From positions 22,010,001-22,074,000 of the forward strand of contig NC_043010.1 of NCBI RefSeq assembly GCF_006345805.1: a stretch of DNA of 64,000 nucleotides. The letters run 5' to 3'. This document shows positions 1-14,255 of the stretch, one piece after another (the stretch's first letter is position 1; every line of letters begins with the position of its first letter). The notes beneath the pieces were generated by a model. The model saw nothing but the letters and a program-made list of their open reading frames with translations, made no database searches and was not told the DNA's origin. Source of the stretch: Octopus sinensis (taxonomy: Eukaryota). The position numbers and the translations under genes were made by a program.

Positions 1-346
1 TAAATCAGGGCATTATTCAACCTGGATCCTTTTCTTTTATTTTCTAAAAAGTAAAATTCTAAGCCTAGCCAAATATACTCGTTTGTCTCGTCTATATATG
101 TTATCCATCTTGTCCATTTGTATATTTTGATATTAGCAAATATGGTTATAGTTGTGGTTGTTAGCATAGCACTAGGTCAGAGCAGACCCCGACGATTTAT
201 AATCCAAATGGTTCCAATCACCTGCATCCGATCGTTTTTTCATGCCTTGTGTTTTACGGACAATCGAATTACGGACTATCGAATTATTGTTTTAAGACAT
301 TGGGGTGAAATGTGTAGAAAGTTTAGTTGCTATTTCTTGGCTGTAA

Positions 347-600
347 GGGCCCCTGGCCAAGTGGTTAGAACGTTGCACTCACGATAGCGAGATAGAGGTT
401 TCAATTCCTGAACTGGGCGGCACGTTGTGTTCTTCAGTAAAACCATTCTCGTATTGCTCTGCGATCACATCGACACCAGACGTGTGGTACACAATGCACC
501 TGCTTCGGCAACATCGATGTAATAGAGGGAGAACTAATGTGCAGCACATGCATTTGATCACGAATAAACAAATCATTTGTGCAGGTTCTCCAGACATTAA
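347..600 (+). mobile_element. tRNA-derived SINE, family C
   Basis: A-box-like TGGCCAAGTGGTTAG and B-box-like GGTTTCAATTCC. The body (ATTTGATCACGAATAAACAAATCAT) matches the inverted copy at 11131-11398. Confidence 0.75.
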
Positions 601-1685
601 TCGCAGAACAGTATTTCTCGGGCCACGAGAGACTACTGTTAATTTCTTGTCTGTTGAGGAATCGTATAGAGGCTGTCTCGTTGATTACAAATAAAGGTAT
701 GATTTAGTGGAGAACTAGGAATACAATTACAAGTATACGAAACTATTTGGATTTGAAACGTAGACCATAAAAACGAGAAGTTTCATTATTTTCCCCGGAG
801 TCTATCGTTATTCTAATGCTGTCAATTTTCCAAGTCATCTACCCATATGTGATATGAAAAAGTTGGTTGCAGTTTGAGAATCCGCAGGTTTAAGTAGCTG
901 TGCGTTACGACCACTCTAAAAGAAAAGAATCTTACGAGAGATTTTAGGATTTCTCGAAATCGAACTGTAATACAGAAGGATGACTCCAAAATGTAATACT
1001 AGTTTTGGCGTGTTGTTAATGCAACACGGATATCTCCAATAAAAATTTCGTAACACCAAACACCAATTAATTATTTACCGTGTGGATTGAGAAACAGAAT
1101 CGATGATCATTTATATTCAAGGGAATAGTTCCTTTATGATAGAATATACAAGATTTGCGTGATGCATGTTAAGTAGGATTTACAAAGGAATGGTGTAAAC
1201 GTTAAACTAAATCGTATCTGATAGTGTTCAGTTAAAATTAATGATTCTTTTCCATCAGAATTAAAAATGATTTAGAAATGTTTGGATTTACATTCTTCGA
1301 GGCAGTTTCGAGTCAATGGAATTCGGTTGGGGATGTAGGGCTTACTATTAAGTGTTTTAACAGAACTTTGCACTATAGAACGTAAACTGAAGGAGATTTT
1401 ACTAACGTTTTCTAGTAAAATGAGCTGTCCCCACAAGGGGATCTTATCCTGTTTCTATTTTCTTCTGTTACGTCTGCCCTATACAGTCTGGCGGTTGCCA
1501 TGTATTAACACACTGATATTTTGACATTTGCTTCTGTCCTTTTTATACCGATAAATCACAGTATCACAGATATTGCTTTCTTTATGAAGAGTGAGTAATA
1601 CTGTGAGACTTAGTTTAAAATCGAGTTTATTCTTAAGCCACAATGAACCTTAGCATTCATAGAAGATTTTGTTGTCTTTTTGTTC

Positions 1686-1699
1686 TCATTATTATTATA

Positions 1700-1739
<40 letters not shown>

Positions 1740-1800
1740 GTATTATCATTGTTGTTGTTATTGTTGCTGCTGCTGCTGTTGTTGTTGTTCTTCTTCGTCT
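1686..1800. repeat. compound (TTA)n/(TTG)n/(CTG)n microsatellite
   Basis: Trinucleotide runs directly visible. Confidence 0.95.
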
Positions 1801-1807
1801 TGTTCAT

Positions 1808-2003
1808 TAACACGCCGAACAAAATGCTTAGCGGTATTTCGTCAGACTTTAGGTTCTGAGTTCAAATTACAGCGAACTGGACTTTCATTATTATCATTTT
1901 CCGGGTAGATAAAACAAGTACCTGTTGAACACTGGGGTGCATGTAATCAACTTAAATCTCCCCTCAAAATTGCTGACTTTGGGCCAAAATCCGAATTATT
2001 ATT
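1808..2003 (+). mobile_element. tRNA-derived SINE, family A (5'-truncated)
   Basis: AAATGCTTAGCGGTATTTCGTC...GAGTTCAAATT...CACTGGGG..ATGTAATC and an (ATT)n tail, shared with more than 20 copies in the window. Confidence 0.8.
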
Positions 2004-2659
2004 ACGCTTGTTGTTCATCGTTTGTTCCTACTGGTGTAATACCGATGCTAGCTGACCACAACCAGCACACAGATGGAGCACCTTCAATTGTCAAGCATTT
2101 TCTTAATTAATCTAACAGTTCCAAGGAGTATTGTTTTCTGCAAGTGCCCCAACTTCATGTTTCCTCCCGATCTTTTAAAAAATAGTTTTCAATTCTGCTG
2201 CTCCCAGTGCCAAGTGCCATGACAACAACTGGGAACATCGCAACGTTTTCATCGCCCGCAAAAGTTTTATCCCCCATGGTAGTAGTTCATATCTCTCAAA
2301 CATCTTCATTTTTCCCCCGCCAAAACTTATTGTCAGCTGGAGCAACCGCATTAAATACTGTTCGATGACTTCATTAATCATCATAATCTCTGTTGTGCGA
2401 TGTTCAATTCCATTGTCACATTCTACCATAAAGTCACATAAATTATTGGCATGTTATTGGCATGTGCTCATGCCACAACTTCCAATGAACAATTTTCGCT
2501 CCATTATCGCTACGTTGCTTGTATTCATTCTCTGTCAGTATGAAAGGAAACTTAATCTATTAAATAAAAAATGGCTTCTATAATAAAAAGCATAGTAAAG
2601 CTAAATACAGCAAATAGGAAAACTAGTAAATGATAGGCAATATTATTATATTACCTCTG

Positions 2660-2880
2660 AGGCGGTGAGCTGGAAGAATCGTTAGCATGCCAGGCAAAAT
2701 TACTTAGAGCTATTTCGCCCGTCTTCACGTTCTGAGTTCAAATTCTGCCAGTTGAAATTCGACATTGCCTTTCGTCCATTCGGAGTTGATGAATTAAGTG
2801 CAGGTTGAACACTGGCATCATGTTATCGATCTAACTCCTCTCCCGTAATTGCTGGCCTTGTGCCACAATGTAATGCCATT
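2660..2880 (+). mobile_element. tRNA-derived SINE, family A
   Basis: GGCGGTGAGCTGGAAGAATCGTTAGCA head, GAGTTCAAATTC B-box and TTGCCTTTC..CATTCGGAGTTGAT central domain. Confidence 0.85.
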
Positions 2881-2920
2881 CTTCTTCTGCCTCCTCCTCC
2901 TCCTTCTTCTTCTTCTTCTT

Positions 2921-3000
<80 letters not shown>

Positions 3001-3003
3001 GAT

Positions 3004-3230
3004 AAGTCGGCGAACTGGCGGAAACGTTAGCACGCTGGGCGAAATGCTTAGCGGGATTCCGCCCGTCGCTACGTTCTGTGTTTAAATTCCGCCGAGGTCA
3101 ACCTTGCCTTTCATCCTTTCGGGGTCAATAAATTTAAGTAGCAGTGAAGCAATGGGGTCGATGTAATCGACTTTTCCCTTCCTACTAAATTTCTGGCATT
3201 TTGCCTATAGTAGAAAGGATTATTATTATT
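3004..3230 (+). mobile_element. tRNA-derived SINE, family A, with an (ATT)n tail abutting a LINE
   Basis: Full head, central GCCGAGGTCAACCTTGCCTTTCATCCTTTCGGGGTC domain, and tail GTAGAAAGGATTATTATTATT. Confidence 0.9.
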
Positions 3231-3429
3231 CTATGTCTGATTTTTGCTTTATATTTCTACAAGTTGGCTCCATGTCTCACCCAGAGACCTCAAGAGACAA
3301 CAGGTTGGAAGTTCGTGTTGTTGTTATGCCTAGTGTGCCATATATTTGGGGGATTTTTGTGTTGTACTAGTGAATGTCTAAAAAAAAACAAAAAAAAAAC
3401 GAAAATTATGTTTGTTTTAAAACCTGAGA

Positions 3430-4437
3430 TTACATAGAAAGTATTTTGCGTAGGATATGAGCAGTTCCCATGAGCAATACCTTTTGAATTTCTGCCATTT
3501 TGGGGTTTCCTGGTATCTGAGTTAGGTAGCAATCAGCCCCTTTCGCTATCATTCCCAGAGCACCTATGACAACAGGTATTGTTTTAGCTTTCAGGTTCCA
3601 CATTTTGCTGATATCTATTTCAAGATCTTTATATTTGCTCAGTTTTTGGTAGGTCTTGACAGATACGTTTATATCGATTGGGACAATCATATCAATGAGG
3701 AGGCATGTTCTTTGTCTGAAGTCTTTCAATATGTCTGGCCTATTTGCATCTATCTTTCTGTCAGTTTGAATGGTGAAGTTCCAGAGGAGCGAGATGTGGT
3801 TATTTTCAAGCACTGGGGGTGGATTGTGATCCCACCAGTTTTTTTCATGGGACAAATCCAGGTTTTTGCAAATTACCCAGTGAATATATTGTGCAGCTCT
3901 ATCATGCCTGTTGAGATACTCTGTAGGCCCTAGAAGACTGCACATGGAGACAACATGATCAATGGTTTCATTTTGTTGTTGACATGCACGACATGTTGGG
4001 CTACTGCCGTTCTTTAATATGTTGGCCTGGTAGTTTCTTGTTGGTAGGCATTGATCTTGAGCTGCTATGATAAACCACTCTGTTTCAGATTTTAAGCCAG
4101 AGGCCATTAGCCATTGATGGGTCAGGGCTTTGTCAACATCTACATTATTCGCTCTCTTTGGGTATTTGCCATAGAGAGGTTTTTCTTGCCATTTATCATT
4201 CAGAATATCTAAGGCCGCAATTTGAGCACGGGTTTTCATGCGCTTAGCTTTTTCTGTGCTTGTTTCTTGTATGTCTAATTCCGAAATTTGTTGTATTCGG
4301 AATTCACTTAGATATTCCTTTGCCTGTTTTGTTACTGAGTATGATGCATTCTTGTTTTCATCTTTTGAGACGAATTTTAACATCGAGCCCTCAGAGTTTT
4401 TCAGGTAGGTGTCTAGGCCAATTGTAGCAACCTTCAT
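3430..4437 (-). pseudogene. C-terminal part of the R4/Dong ORF (zinc knuckle + RLE endonuclease)
   Basis: 335-aa ORF with LKSETEWFIIAAQDQCLPTRNY, CCHC and RPD..D..K motifs. It is separated from the RT frame by a stop/frameshift near 4500. Confidence 0.9.
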
Positions 4438-4503
4438 TGTCCACGGCCTCCCTCTTTTCTTTGCAGATAAAGTCGTTCTATATCTGCCTTAGGGTGGTGC
4501 ATT

Positions 4504-5313
4504 CTATGCATTGTCCAACAGTTTTCGTATTTTTCTGTCAAGATTACATATTTCAGTAATTGACCAGTTAACGATATTGAAACTGTAAGTCACGACTGGT
4601 ATGGCTAATGCATCGATCGCTTCGATCCTGTTTCTCGCATTCAGCTCTATTTTGAGTATTGCTCTTACTCTGCGATAACATTCTCTCCTGATCCTTTCCT
4701 TCATCACTGAATGCTTTATTCCGTCCCTTTCAATTACCCCTAGGTATTTGTAGCTCTCCGCTAGGTCTAACTCTTTTATGACATTCTGCTGGTCAAGATT
4801 AACGTTAGATGTTTCTGTCATTTTTCCTTTGATAAAGGTAGCTTTTCCACATTTATCAAGGCCGAATTGCATTCTGATGTCATCACTGAATTGTTTAACA
4901 ATCTCTTGTAAGCCCTTGAGTTGTTGGTCATTTTTTGCAAAGAGCTTTAAATCATCCATGTAAATGAGATGATTTATATATTTATCAACCATTTCATATC
5001 CGTACTGCGCGTCATTGAGCAATTTTGACAGAGGTATTAAGGCTAAACAAAAGAGGAGTAGTGATAGTGAGTCACCCTGGGAAATGCCACATGGAATTTT
5101 TGCATCATCCGCATTTAGATATTCATTGTCACTGTTCAAAGTTAGTGTGATTCTCCATGGTCTCATACTTACAGACAAAAAACTTCGCAGAGTAGGTGCT
5201 ATTTTATACATTTCCAGGCATTTCTTAATCCAGCTATGTGGTAGCCTATGTGGTAGGCTATCCAGGCTATTGATAAGTTTTTTGTGTCGTTTGTGACAAT
5301 CTTCTAAGATCAT
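4504..5313 (-). pseudogene. reverse transcriptase part of the R4/Dong ORF
   Basis: 269-aa ORF with [30 protein letters not shown] and YKYLG. Upstream RT (KNYRPITCL, EQKGC) is visible in 5330-5700. Confidence 0.9.
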
Positions 5314-6126
5314 CTTATTGATGAGTAGTTGATCTTTACAACCATAGGATCCACGTTTACATCCTTTTTGTTCATTAGGGAATATGCTGCTGTCTGTTAA
5401 AAAAAACTATAGGTATATTCCGTCAGGACAGATGTTAGCGTTTTATACATAGTTGTTAAGCAGGTTATGGGTCTATAGTTTTTTGGTTCATTTGTTTCTT
5501 CACTTTTTTGGAAGCAGGAATGTTAACCCATTAACTAGCCAAGGAGGCATCCTACTAGGGTGTTGCAAAACATCATTGTAAAGATCTGTTAGCAGTTCAT
5601 GGCTCTCTGGGAAGGCATTCAACCAGAAGTTAGGAATTTTATCTTTTCCTGGAGAATTCCATTTGCTTGACCTCCTGAGAGCAGATTTTAAATCTTCTAC
5701 CTTGACACCCTCCTACTTTTGCTCTTCTAAGGAGTCCAGTTCTGTAGATATTCTATCAATCCAGGGGGCCTTTTCGTTGTGTGTTTTTTCTTCTGCCCAA
5801 ATTTTATTACAAAATCCCTGCACTTCTTCTTTTGATGGTACAGACTTTACAGTAACTGGTGTTTTTCCTATCTTCCTGTAAAAAGTTTTTGGGTTATTTT
5901 TTAACATGATATTGTCTTTGAAAAATTTAACACGCTTTTCATACCGCGCTATGCGGACAGCTTTGGCAGATACCTTTTGCTTGATGTTTTCTATGGTGGC
6001 ATCAATATCAAGTATAGTTTTCATTTTATATTTTTTCATTAATTTTTGGGATTTTGTAGGCTTGGTAGTCTTGTCAACCTTAAGGTTTTTCAAATATTCA
6101 ATGTTAGATCTAAATAGTTTAATTTG

Positions 6127-6162
<36 letters not shown>

Positions 6163-6198
6163 GTTGTTGTTGTTGTTGTTGCTGTTGTTTTTGTTATT

Positions 6199-6412
6199 AA
6201 GGCAGTGATCTGGCAGAATCATTAGCACGCCTAGCAAAAATTTTCTGTATTTCATCTGTCTTCGCGTTCTTTGTTCAAATTCCACTGAGACTGACTTTGC
6301 TCTTCCTCCTTTTATTGCCGATAAAATAAATGACATTTGATCACTGGGGTCGATGTAATCGACTTACCTCCTCCGTCAAGATAGTGTCAAATTTTGAAAG
6401 CATCATTATTAT
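6199..6412 (+). mobile_element. tRNA-derived SINE, family A (diverged)
   Basis: TAAGGCAGTGATCTGGCAGAATCATTAGCACG head, CACTGGGGTCGATGTAATCGACTT, and an ATT tail. Confidence 0.8.
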
Positions 6413-7374
6413 TGTTTAGTTGATCACGCAAGGGAGACAACACCGAACTTTTATGATGCGTTAAGTATAATCTCCGCCATTACTTACTGACATTGCTTAC
6501 TGACATAGTGAAAACTAAGTAGCTATCTGAAAGTATTTTGTAAGAAATCAACGAGATTAATTACCTATTAATTCTAAAGAGAGTGCTGAGCTCATATTTA
6601 CGTAATAAAAAACCGTCAGCATGATTATTTCTAATACTTAGATTTTTCACACGAAGAGCAAATGTCGTATTTAAACAATTTTTTCGAATTACCCTCTTCA
6701 ACTACGAAGCAAGCCATATTTTCTCGCGTATGCCCCACATTATTTTCTCCTCTGTAGATATAGACACAAATAAAACGATAACCTTTATCTGAATGTAGAA
6801 TTAATTACATAAACTTTTATTTGAAATAAATGATAGTAATATAGAAGAATTATTAAAGAGACAATATAATTTCCCCAAAGTAATACGAATAATTTTGCTG
6901 TGTTTTTGGCATTGTGTTTCGGTCGATGTTTTTACATTTTTACATTGTTTTTTTTTGTTCTACATTTTCGCCTTGTCGTTTCTTTGTTTCTTATCAGAGT
7001 TTCTTTATATTTCATTTATAGTTGATCTGTCATTAAGATGTCTATACTATAGCAGCGAATTTAATTCTAGTTCTTTCAGAAATTTATAGATATCTTTCGC
7101 TGGCTTGCTAGGTTTTTGACACATCTCAATAAGATATATTGGATATTCATTAATAAAGTATATCACAAGTTTTAATCTTCTTGCGAGTATCAAGCTGTGT
7201 GACTTAATAGAAATGCTGCCACAAACTGAGAATTAATCACAGTAAACAGATGGTAATATCATTCTGCTTCCTTCTGCTGCTTTGTAATGCCATATTAGTT
7301 TTAAAGACAGAACACATTTAAATTGAGATGCCCGTTATAACGTCTTCTCTGTTACAATCTGATATCAAGTGATG

Positions 7375-7446
<72 letters not shown>

Positions 7447-7706
7447 GCCTCTCGTAAACTGTTATGAAGTACGTATACACAGTAAATGTATGACCACCGA
7501 CACCACCGTCGCCACCACTGCCGCCGCCACCACCACCACCGTCGTCATCATCATCATCATCATCGTCATCATTACCAACATTGCCATTCCTTCTTCTCCT
7601 CAATTCCTCTTCATCATCATTATCAACATAATTATCATCACCATCATCATCATTTTTACCAACATTGCCACCCTTCTTCTTCTCGACCTCTACCTCCACT
7701 TCACCG

Positions 7707-7751
<45 letters not shown>

Positions 7752-8267
7752 CCACCATCGTCATAACTGCCATTAGCAACACTTTTACTGTTGCCAAGAC
7801 GACGAGCCTTGTTACATATGCGCTGCTGCCGCCACCGCCACAGTTCAATAAACGGCATCATCCTCAGCGCCCATCCATCCGTCTCTCTTCTCATCATTTA
7901 AAATGTCTTTTGTGAAGAAAGTCCAATATTTTCAATCTGCGTAGAAGACAGCTTTATGTTATGAATATTTACTCTACTTAAAGGAGCCGAACTGACAGAA
8001 TCGTTAGCACGCCGGACAAAATGGTTTTGGGGTCGATGTAATCGACTTAGACCCACCCGTGAAAGTGCTGGCCTCGTGCCAAAATTTGAAACCAATATTT
8101 ATTCTACGATACGAAATCTCTGTGCACACAGTCACACACACGCACACACACATACACATATACAGTCGCACACACACCCATGCACACAAAGACAGACACT
8201 CACACATACACATATGCAAATACACACACAAAAGCACACACACACACACACACAAACATATATATAT

Positions 8268-8304
<37 letters not shown>

Positions 8305-8440
8305 AAGTGTGTGAGTGTGAGAAATATCGGCAGACAGAAGCAGTAGACAAACAGACAGATAGATTGATATAAATACTTCAGAAATGTAACCACACGAGGG
8401 CCTTTGATGATTTTCCTTCTTCCTTAGACTTCCACCTTTC

Positions 8441-8478
8441 TGCTTCTGATGAAGAGTCATGCTTGAAACGTTAAAAAC
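8441..8478 (+). ncRNA. minimal type I hammerhead-like motif (triplication copy 1)
   Basis: CTGATGA (8446-8452), A-GAGT-CAT-GCTT stem II, GAAAC (8465-8469), palindromic AACGTT. Stem I is weak. Confidence 0.5.
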
Positions 8479-8564
8479 TCATTTCACAGGGCGTCAAACT
8501 AATATAACTCTCTTTTTACTCATTCGGTTTTGAATTCTTTGTTCATTGAATTGACTATGTATAT

Positions 8565-8654
<90 letters not shown>

Positions 8655-8929
8655 GTATATGCCTCTCGTAAACTGTTATGAAGTACGTATACACAGTAAA
8701 TGTATGACCACCGACACCACCGTCGCCACCACTGCCGCCGCCACCACCACCACCGTCGTCATCATCATCATCATCATCATCATCATCGTCATCATTACCA
8801 ACATTGCCATTCCTTCTTCTCCTCAATTCCTCTTCATCATCATTATCAACATAATTATCATCACCATCATCATCATTTTTACCAACATTGCCACCCTTCT
8901 TCTTCTCGACCTCTACCTCCACTTCACCG

Positions 8930-8977
<48 letters not shown>

Positions 8978-9495
8978 CCACCATCGTCATAACTGCCATT
9001 AGCAACACTTTTACTGTTGCCAAGACGACGAGCCTTGTTACATATGCGCCTGCTGCCGCCACCGCCACAGGTTCAATAAACGGCATCATCCTCAGCACCC
9101 ATCCATCCGTCTCTCTTCTCATCATTTAAAATGTCTTTTGTGAAGAAAGTCCAATATTTTCAATCTGCGTAGAAGACAGCTTTATGTTATGAATATTTAC
9201 TCTACTTAAAGGAGCCGAACTGACAGAATCGTTAGCACGCCGGACAAAATGGTTTTGGGGTCGATGTAATCGACTTAGACCCACCCGTGAAAGTGCTGGC
9301 CTCGTGCCAAAATTTGAAACCAATATTTATTCTACGATACGAAATCTCTGTGCACACAGTCACACACACGCACACACACATACACATATACAGTCGCACA
9401 CACACCCATGCACACAAAGACAGACACTCACACATACACATATGCAAATACACACACAAAAGCACACACACACACACACACAAACATATATATAT

Positions 9496-9532
<37 letters not shown>

Positions 9533-9669
9533 AAGTGTGTGAGTGTGAGAAATATCGGCAGACAGAAGCAGTAGACAAACAGACAGATAGATTGATATAA
9601 ATACTTCAGAAATGTAACCACACGAGGGCCTTTGATGATTTTCCTTCTTCCTTAGACTTCCACCTTTCT

Positions 9670-9707
9670 GCTTTCTGATGAAGAGTCATGCTTGAAACGT
9701 TAAAAAC
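9670..9707 (+). ncRNA. minimal type I hammerhead-like motif (triplication copy 2)
   Basis: CTGATGA 9675-9681 ... GAAAC 9694-9698; core identical to copy 1. Confidence 0.5.
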
Positions 9708-9817
9708 TCATTTCACAGGGCGTCAAACTAATATAACTCTCTTTTTACTCATTTCGGTTTTGAATTCTTTGTCATTGAATTGACTATGTATATACACACA
9801 CACACACACACACACAC

Positions 9818-9865
<48 letters not shown>

Positions 9866-10143
9866 ATATATATATATGTATATGCCTCTCGTAAACTGTT
9901 ATGAAGTACGTATACACAGTAAATGTATGACCACCGACACCACCGTCGCCACCACTGCCGCCGCCACCACCACCACCGTCGTCATCATCATCATCATCAT
10001 CGTCATCATTACCAACATTGCCATTCCTTCTTCTCCTCAATTCCTCTTCATCATCATTATCAACATAATTATCATCACCATCATCATCATTTTTACCAAC
10101 ATTGCCACCCTTCTTCTTCTCGACCTCTACCTCCACTTCACCG

Positions 10144-10194
<51 letters not shown>

Positions 10195-10712
10195 CCACCA
10201 TCGTCATAACTGCCATTAGCAACACTTTTACTGTTGCCAAGACGACGAGCCTTGTTACATATGCGCCTGCTGCCGCCACCGCCACAGGTTCAATAAACGG
10301 CATCATCCTCAGCGCCCATCCATCCGTCTCTCTTCTCATCATTTAAAATGTCTTTTGTGAAGAAAGTCCAATATTTTCAATCTGCGTAGAAGACAGCTTT
10401 ATGTTATGAATATTTACTCTACTTAAAGGAGCCGAACTGACAGAATCGTTAGCACGCCGGACAAAATGGTTTTGGGGTCGATGTAATCGACTTAGACCCA
10501 CCCGTGAAAGTGCTGGCCTCGTGCCAAAATTTGAAACCAATATTTATTCTACGATACGAAATCTCTGTGCACACAGTCACACACACGCACACACACATAC
10601 ACATATACAGTCGCACACACACCCATGCACACAAAGACAGACACTCACACATACACATATGCAAATACACACACAAAAGCACACACACACACACACACAA
10701 ACATATATATAT

Positions 10713-10751
<39 letters not shown>

Positions 10752-10888
10752 AAGTGTGTGAGTGTGAGAAATATCGGCAGACAGAAGCAGTAGACAAACA
10801 GACAGATAGATTGATATAAATACTTCAGAAATGTAACCACACGAGGGCCTTTGATGATTTTCCTTCTTCCTTAGACTTCCACCTTTCT

Positions 10889-10926
10889 GCTTTCTGATGA
10901 AGAGTCATGCTTGAAACGTTAAAAAC
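10889..10926 (+). ncRNA. minimal type I hammerhead-like motif (triplication copy 3)
   Basis: CTGATGA 10894-10900 ... GAAAC 10913-10917; core identical to copy 1. Confidence 0.5.
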
Positions 10927-11015
10927 TCATTTCACAGGGCGTCAAACTAATATAACTCTCTTTTTACTCATTTCGGTTTTGAATTCTTTGTTCATTGAAT
11001 TGACTATGTATATAT

Positions 11016-11398
<383 letters not shown>

Positions 11399-12290
11399 AT
11401 CATATATATATATATATTTCATATATAGAGATGAATGTAGAAATATATATGTATATATAAATGTATGTATATATATATACATATATATATATGTATGTAT
11501 ATATATATGTATGCAGACATACATTTAGACACGTATATATGCACTCATATATATATATATAAGCATTTAATTACTTGCATCTATTTATACATGCATATAT
11601 ACATGTCTACATGTATGTCTATATACATGCATGCGTACATACTTTCTTACATACCTACGGACTCACATATAGGCGTATATACGTAGTTGTAATGTAAAAA
11701 TTACATCTGTGTAGTCAGAATTCAGATACAGACTGACCTGATCTGTTTGGGAACACCTTAAAACTTTATCTTTTTATTGCGGAGCTTCCCTAGGGAGTTG
11801 AAGGATGAGACAACTTGCAGAAACGCAAAAAAAAAAGAGAAAAAAGGAGAAAGTACTGACGTATTTGTAAGAGTGAACCCCACTAAGGAAAATGGAGTTA
11901 AATCTACCTTGCAATATATCGCAACGCAAAGATCTTGAAAAGTACAGTAGTACATTTTGATCGACATTTTAACATTTCCAGGAATACTCATCTTTTGAAA
12001 AGGTACTTACTGTTATTGATTCTGAAAGGATAAAGGTTAAATCACCACAACTCGATTTAAACATTGAGCACCGGACGAAATACTGTAAGGTAACTTATCC
12101 TACGTTCTACTGAATCTACGTGTTCGTCCCCCTTCATTGAAAGTTTACGAGTAGGGATGAAGATGTAATTCTAGAGGTGTTGTATAAAAGTATCTGGCAA
12201 CAGTCGTGAATAATTAACAGATTTTATTACAGGTCATTGTTTTCTGCGTTGGTCTTAACAAATACTAACAGCGACTAAGAAATACTAACA

Positions 12291-13282
<992 letters not shown>

Positions 13283-13453
13283 CAGCAATTACTCATTGGG
13301 GAAGACATACTTAAAGGATCAACGTCCAATTATCTGATGTAGCAATATGTGTGGCTGGCCCATCACAACTGGGAAATAATGGCGCTATATTCGTTGTGAC
13401 AAAATCTCTGGCCTCAATTAGCAGGTGGTGGTGAATGAGAATGGAGACGCCGG

Positions 13454-13551
13454 ATGACTCAGCATTATGCAATTACCACCAAACCCATCTTTATACGGAG
13501 GCTCAATGAGGAAGTTTTAGAAAGTCGACTCACGTGATGGCTTGACATTGG
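13454..13551. promoter_or_regulatory. candidate cis-regulatory module (ARE/AP-1, C/EBP-like, ETS, E-box, CCAAT)
   Basis: ATGACTCAGCA 13454-13464, TTATGCAAT 13465-13473, GAGGAAGT 13508-13515, TCACGTGA 13530-13537 and ATTGG 13547-13551, in non-repetitive sequence. Motif matches only. Confidence 0.3.
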
Positions 13552-13869
13552 TTGGTCACTTAATCGGCCGATGACGGCAAATTCCTGCTGTTTGATCGTG
13601 ACATTTACTCGTCTACTCAGCTATTCAGTGTCCAATCCGCTACAAAATCATTCTAATTCGTTCCCAAATGCTGATAATTTTAGACTTGCTGATCCACAAT
13701 CCGGCCACATTCTATGAAACCATCTTAAAGTTAAAAGCAGAACATCACTGTAGTGTCATTGACAGGATAAGGTTAAGAAACAGTTTATATTTCAAAATAA
13801 AAATCTCTCTGTGATTCTGTTTGTAAATAAACTAAACCCAGTAACATGGATATCTTTATCTCTGATTCC

Positions 13870-14255
13870 TATTTTTTACTTGTTTCTTATTTTTTTACTT
13901 GTTTCGGCCATACTGTAGCACCGGCTTGGAGAGTTTTCAGTCAATGAATCGATTCAAGGACTTACATTTTAAGCCTTCTACTTACTCTATCGGCTCCTTT
14001 TGTTTAATCGCTAAATTACTACACCGTAAATACACCAACACTGTTTGTCGAACCGCGGACTCACACACGTGTCAATATATATATATATATATACATACAC
14101 ACACACACGATGAGCTACTTTCACTTACCGTCTACCAGATCCACTCACAAGGATTTAGTCTGCCTGAGGGTAGTGTTGAAGTGACTTGCCCAAGGTCCCG
14201 CACAATGGAATTAAACTCGGAATCATGTGGTTGGGAGACGAGCCTCATACAACAC
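13870..14255 (-). mobile_element. tRNA-derived CORE-like SINE, family B (diverged)
   Basis: Plus strand shows CCGTCTACCAGATCCACTCACAAGG..ACTTGCCCAAGGT..ATGTGGTTGGG, the reverse complement of the family B head/core, plus the 3' half at 13870-14070. Confidence 0.8.

Larger units (their letters stand above)
3231..6127 (-). mobile_element. R4/Dong-clade non-LTR retrotransposon (RT + CCHC + restriction-like endonuclease), 5'-truncated and frameshifted (copy 1)
   Basis: RT motifs NYRPITCL, QGDSLS, YMDD and FGLDKC; CCHC knuckle CRACQQQNETIDHVVSMC; RLE motifs RPD, LID, KLSKYKDL; C-terminus GTAHILRKIL. About 200 bp of 3' UTR, with (AAT)n at both ends on the sense strand. Confidence 0.93.

Noticed and set aside
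347-420. tRNA-like sequence (also 11330-11398, 35140-35195, 47940-48011)
   Set aside because: A/B boxes are present but there is no complete cloverleaf or acceptor stem, and each continues into a SINE body. These are SINE heads, not tRNA genes.
780-1420. Protein-like fragments in non-repetitive sequence (also 17530-17830, 35640-35830)
   Set aside because: Frequent stops and no recognisable family motif.
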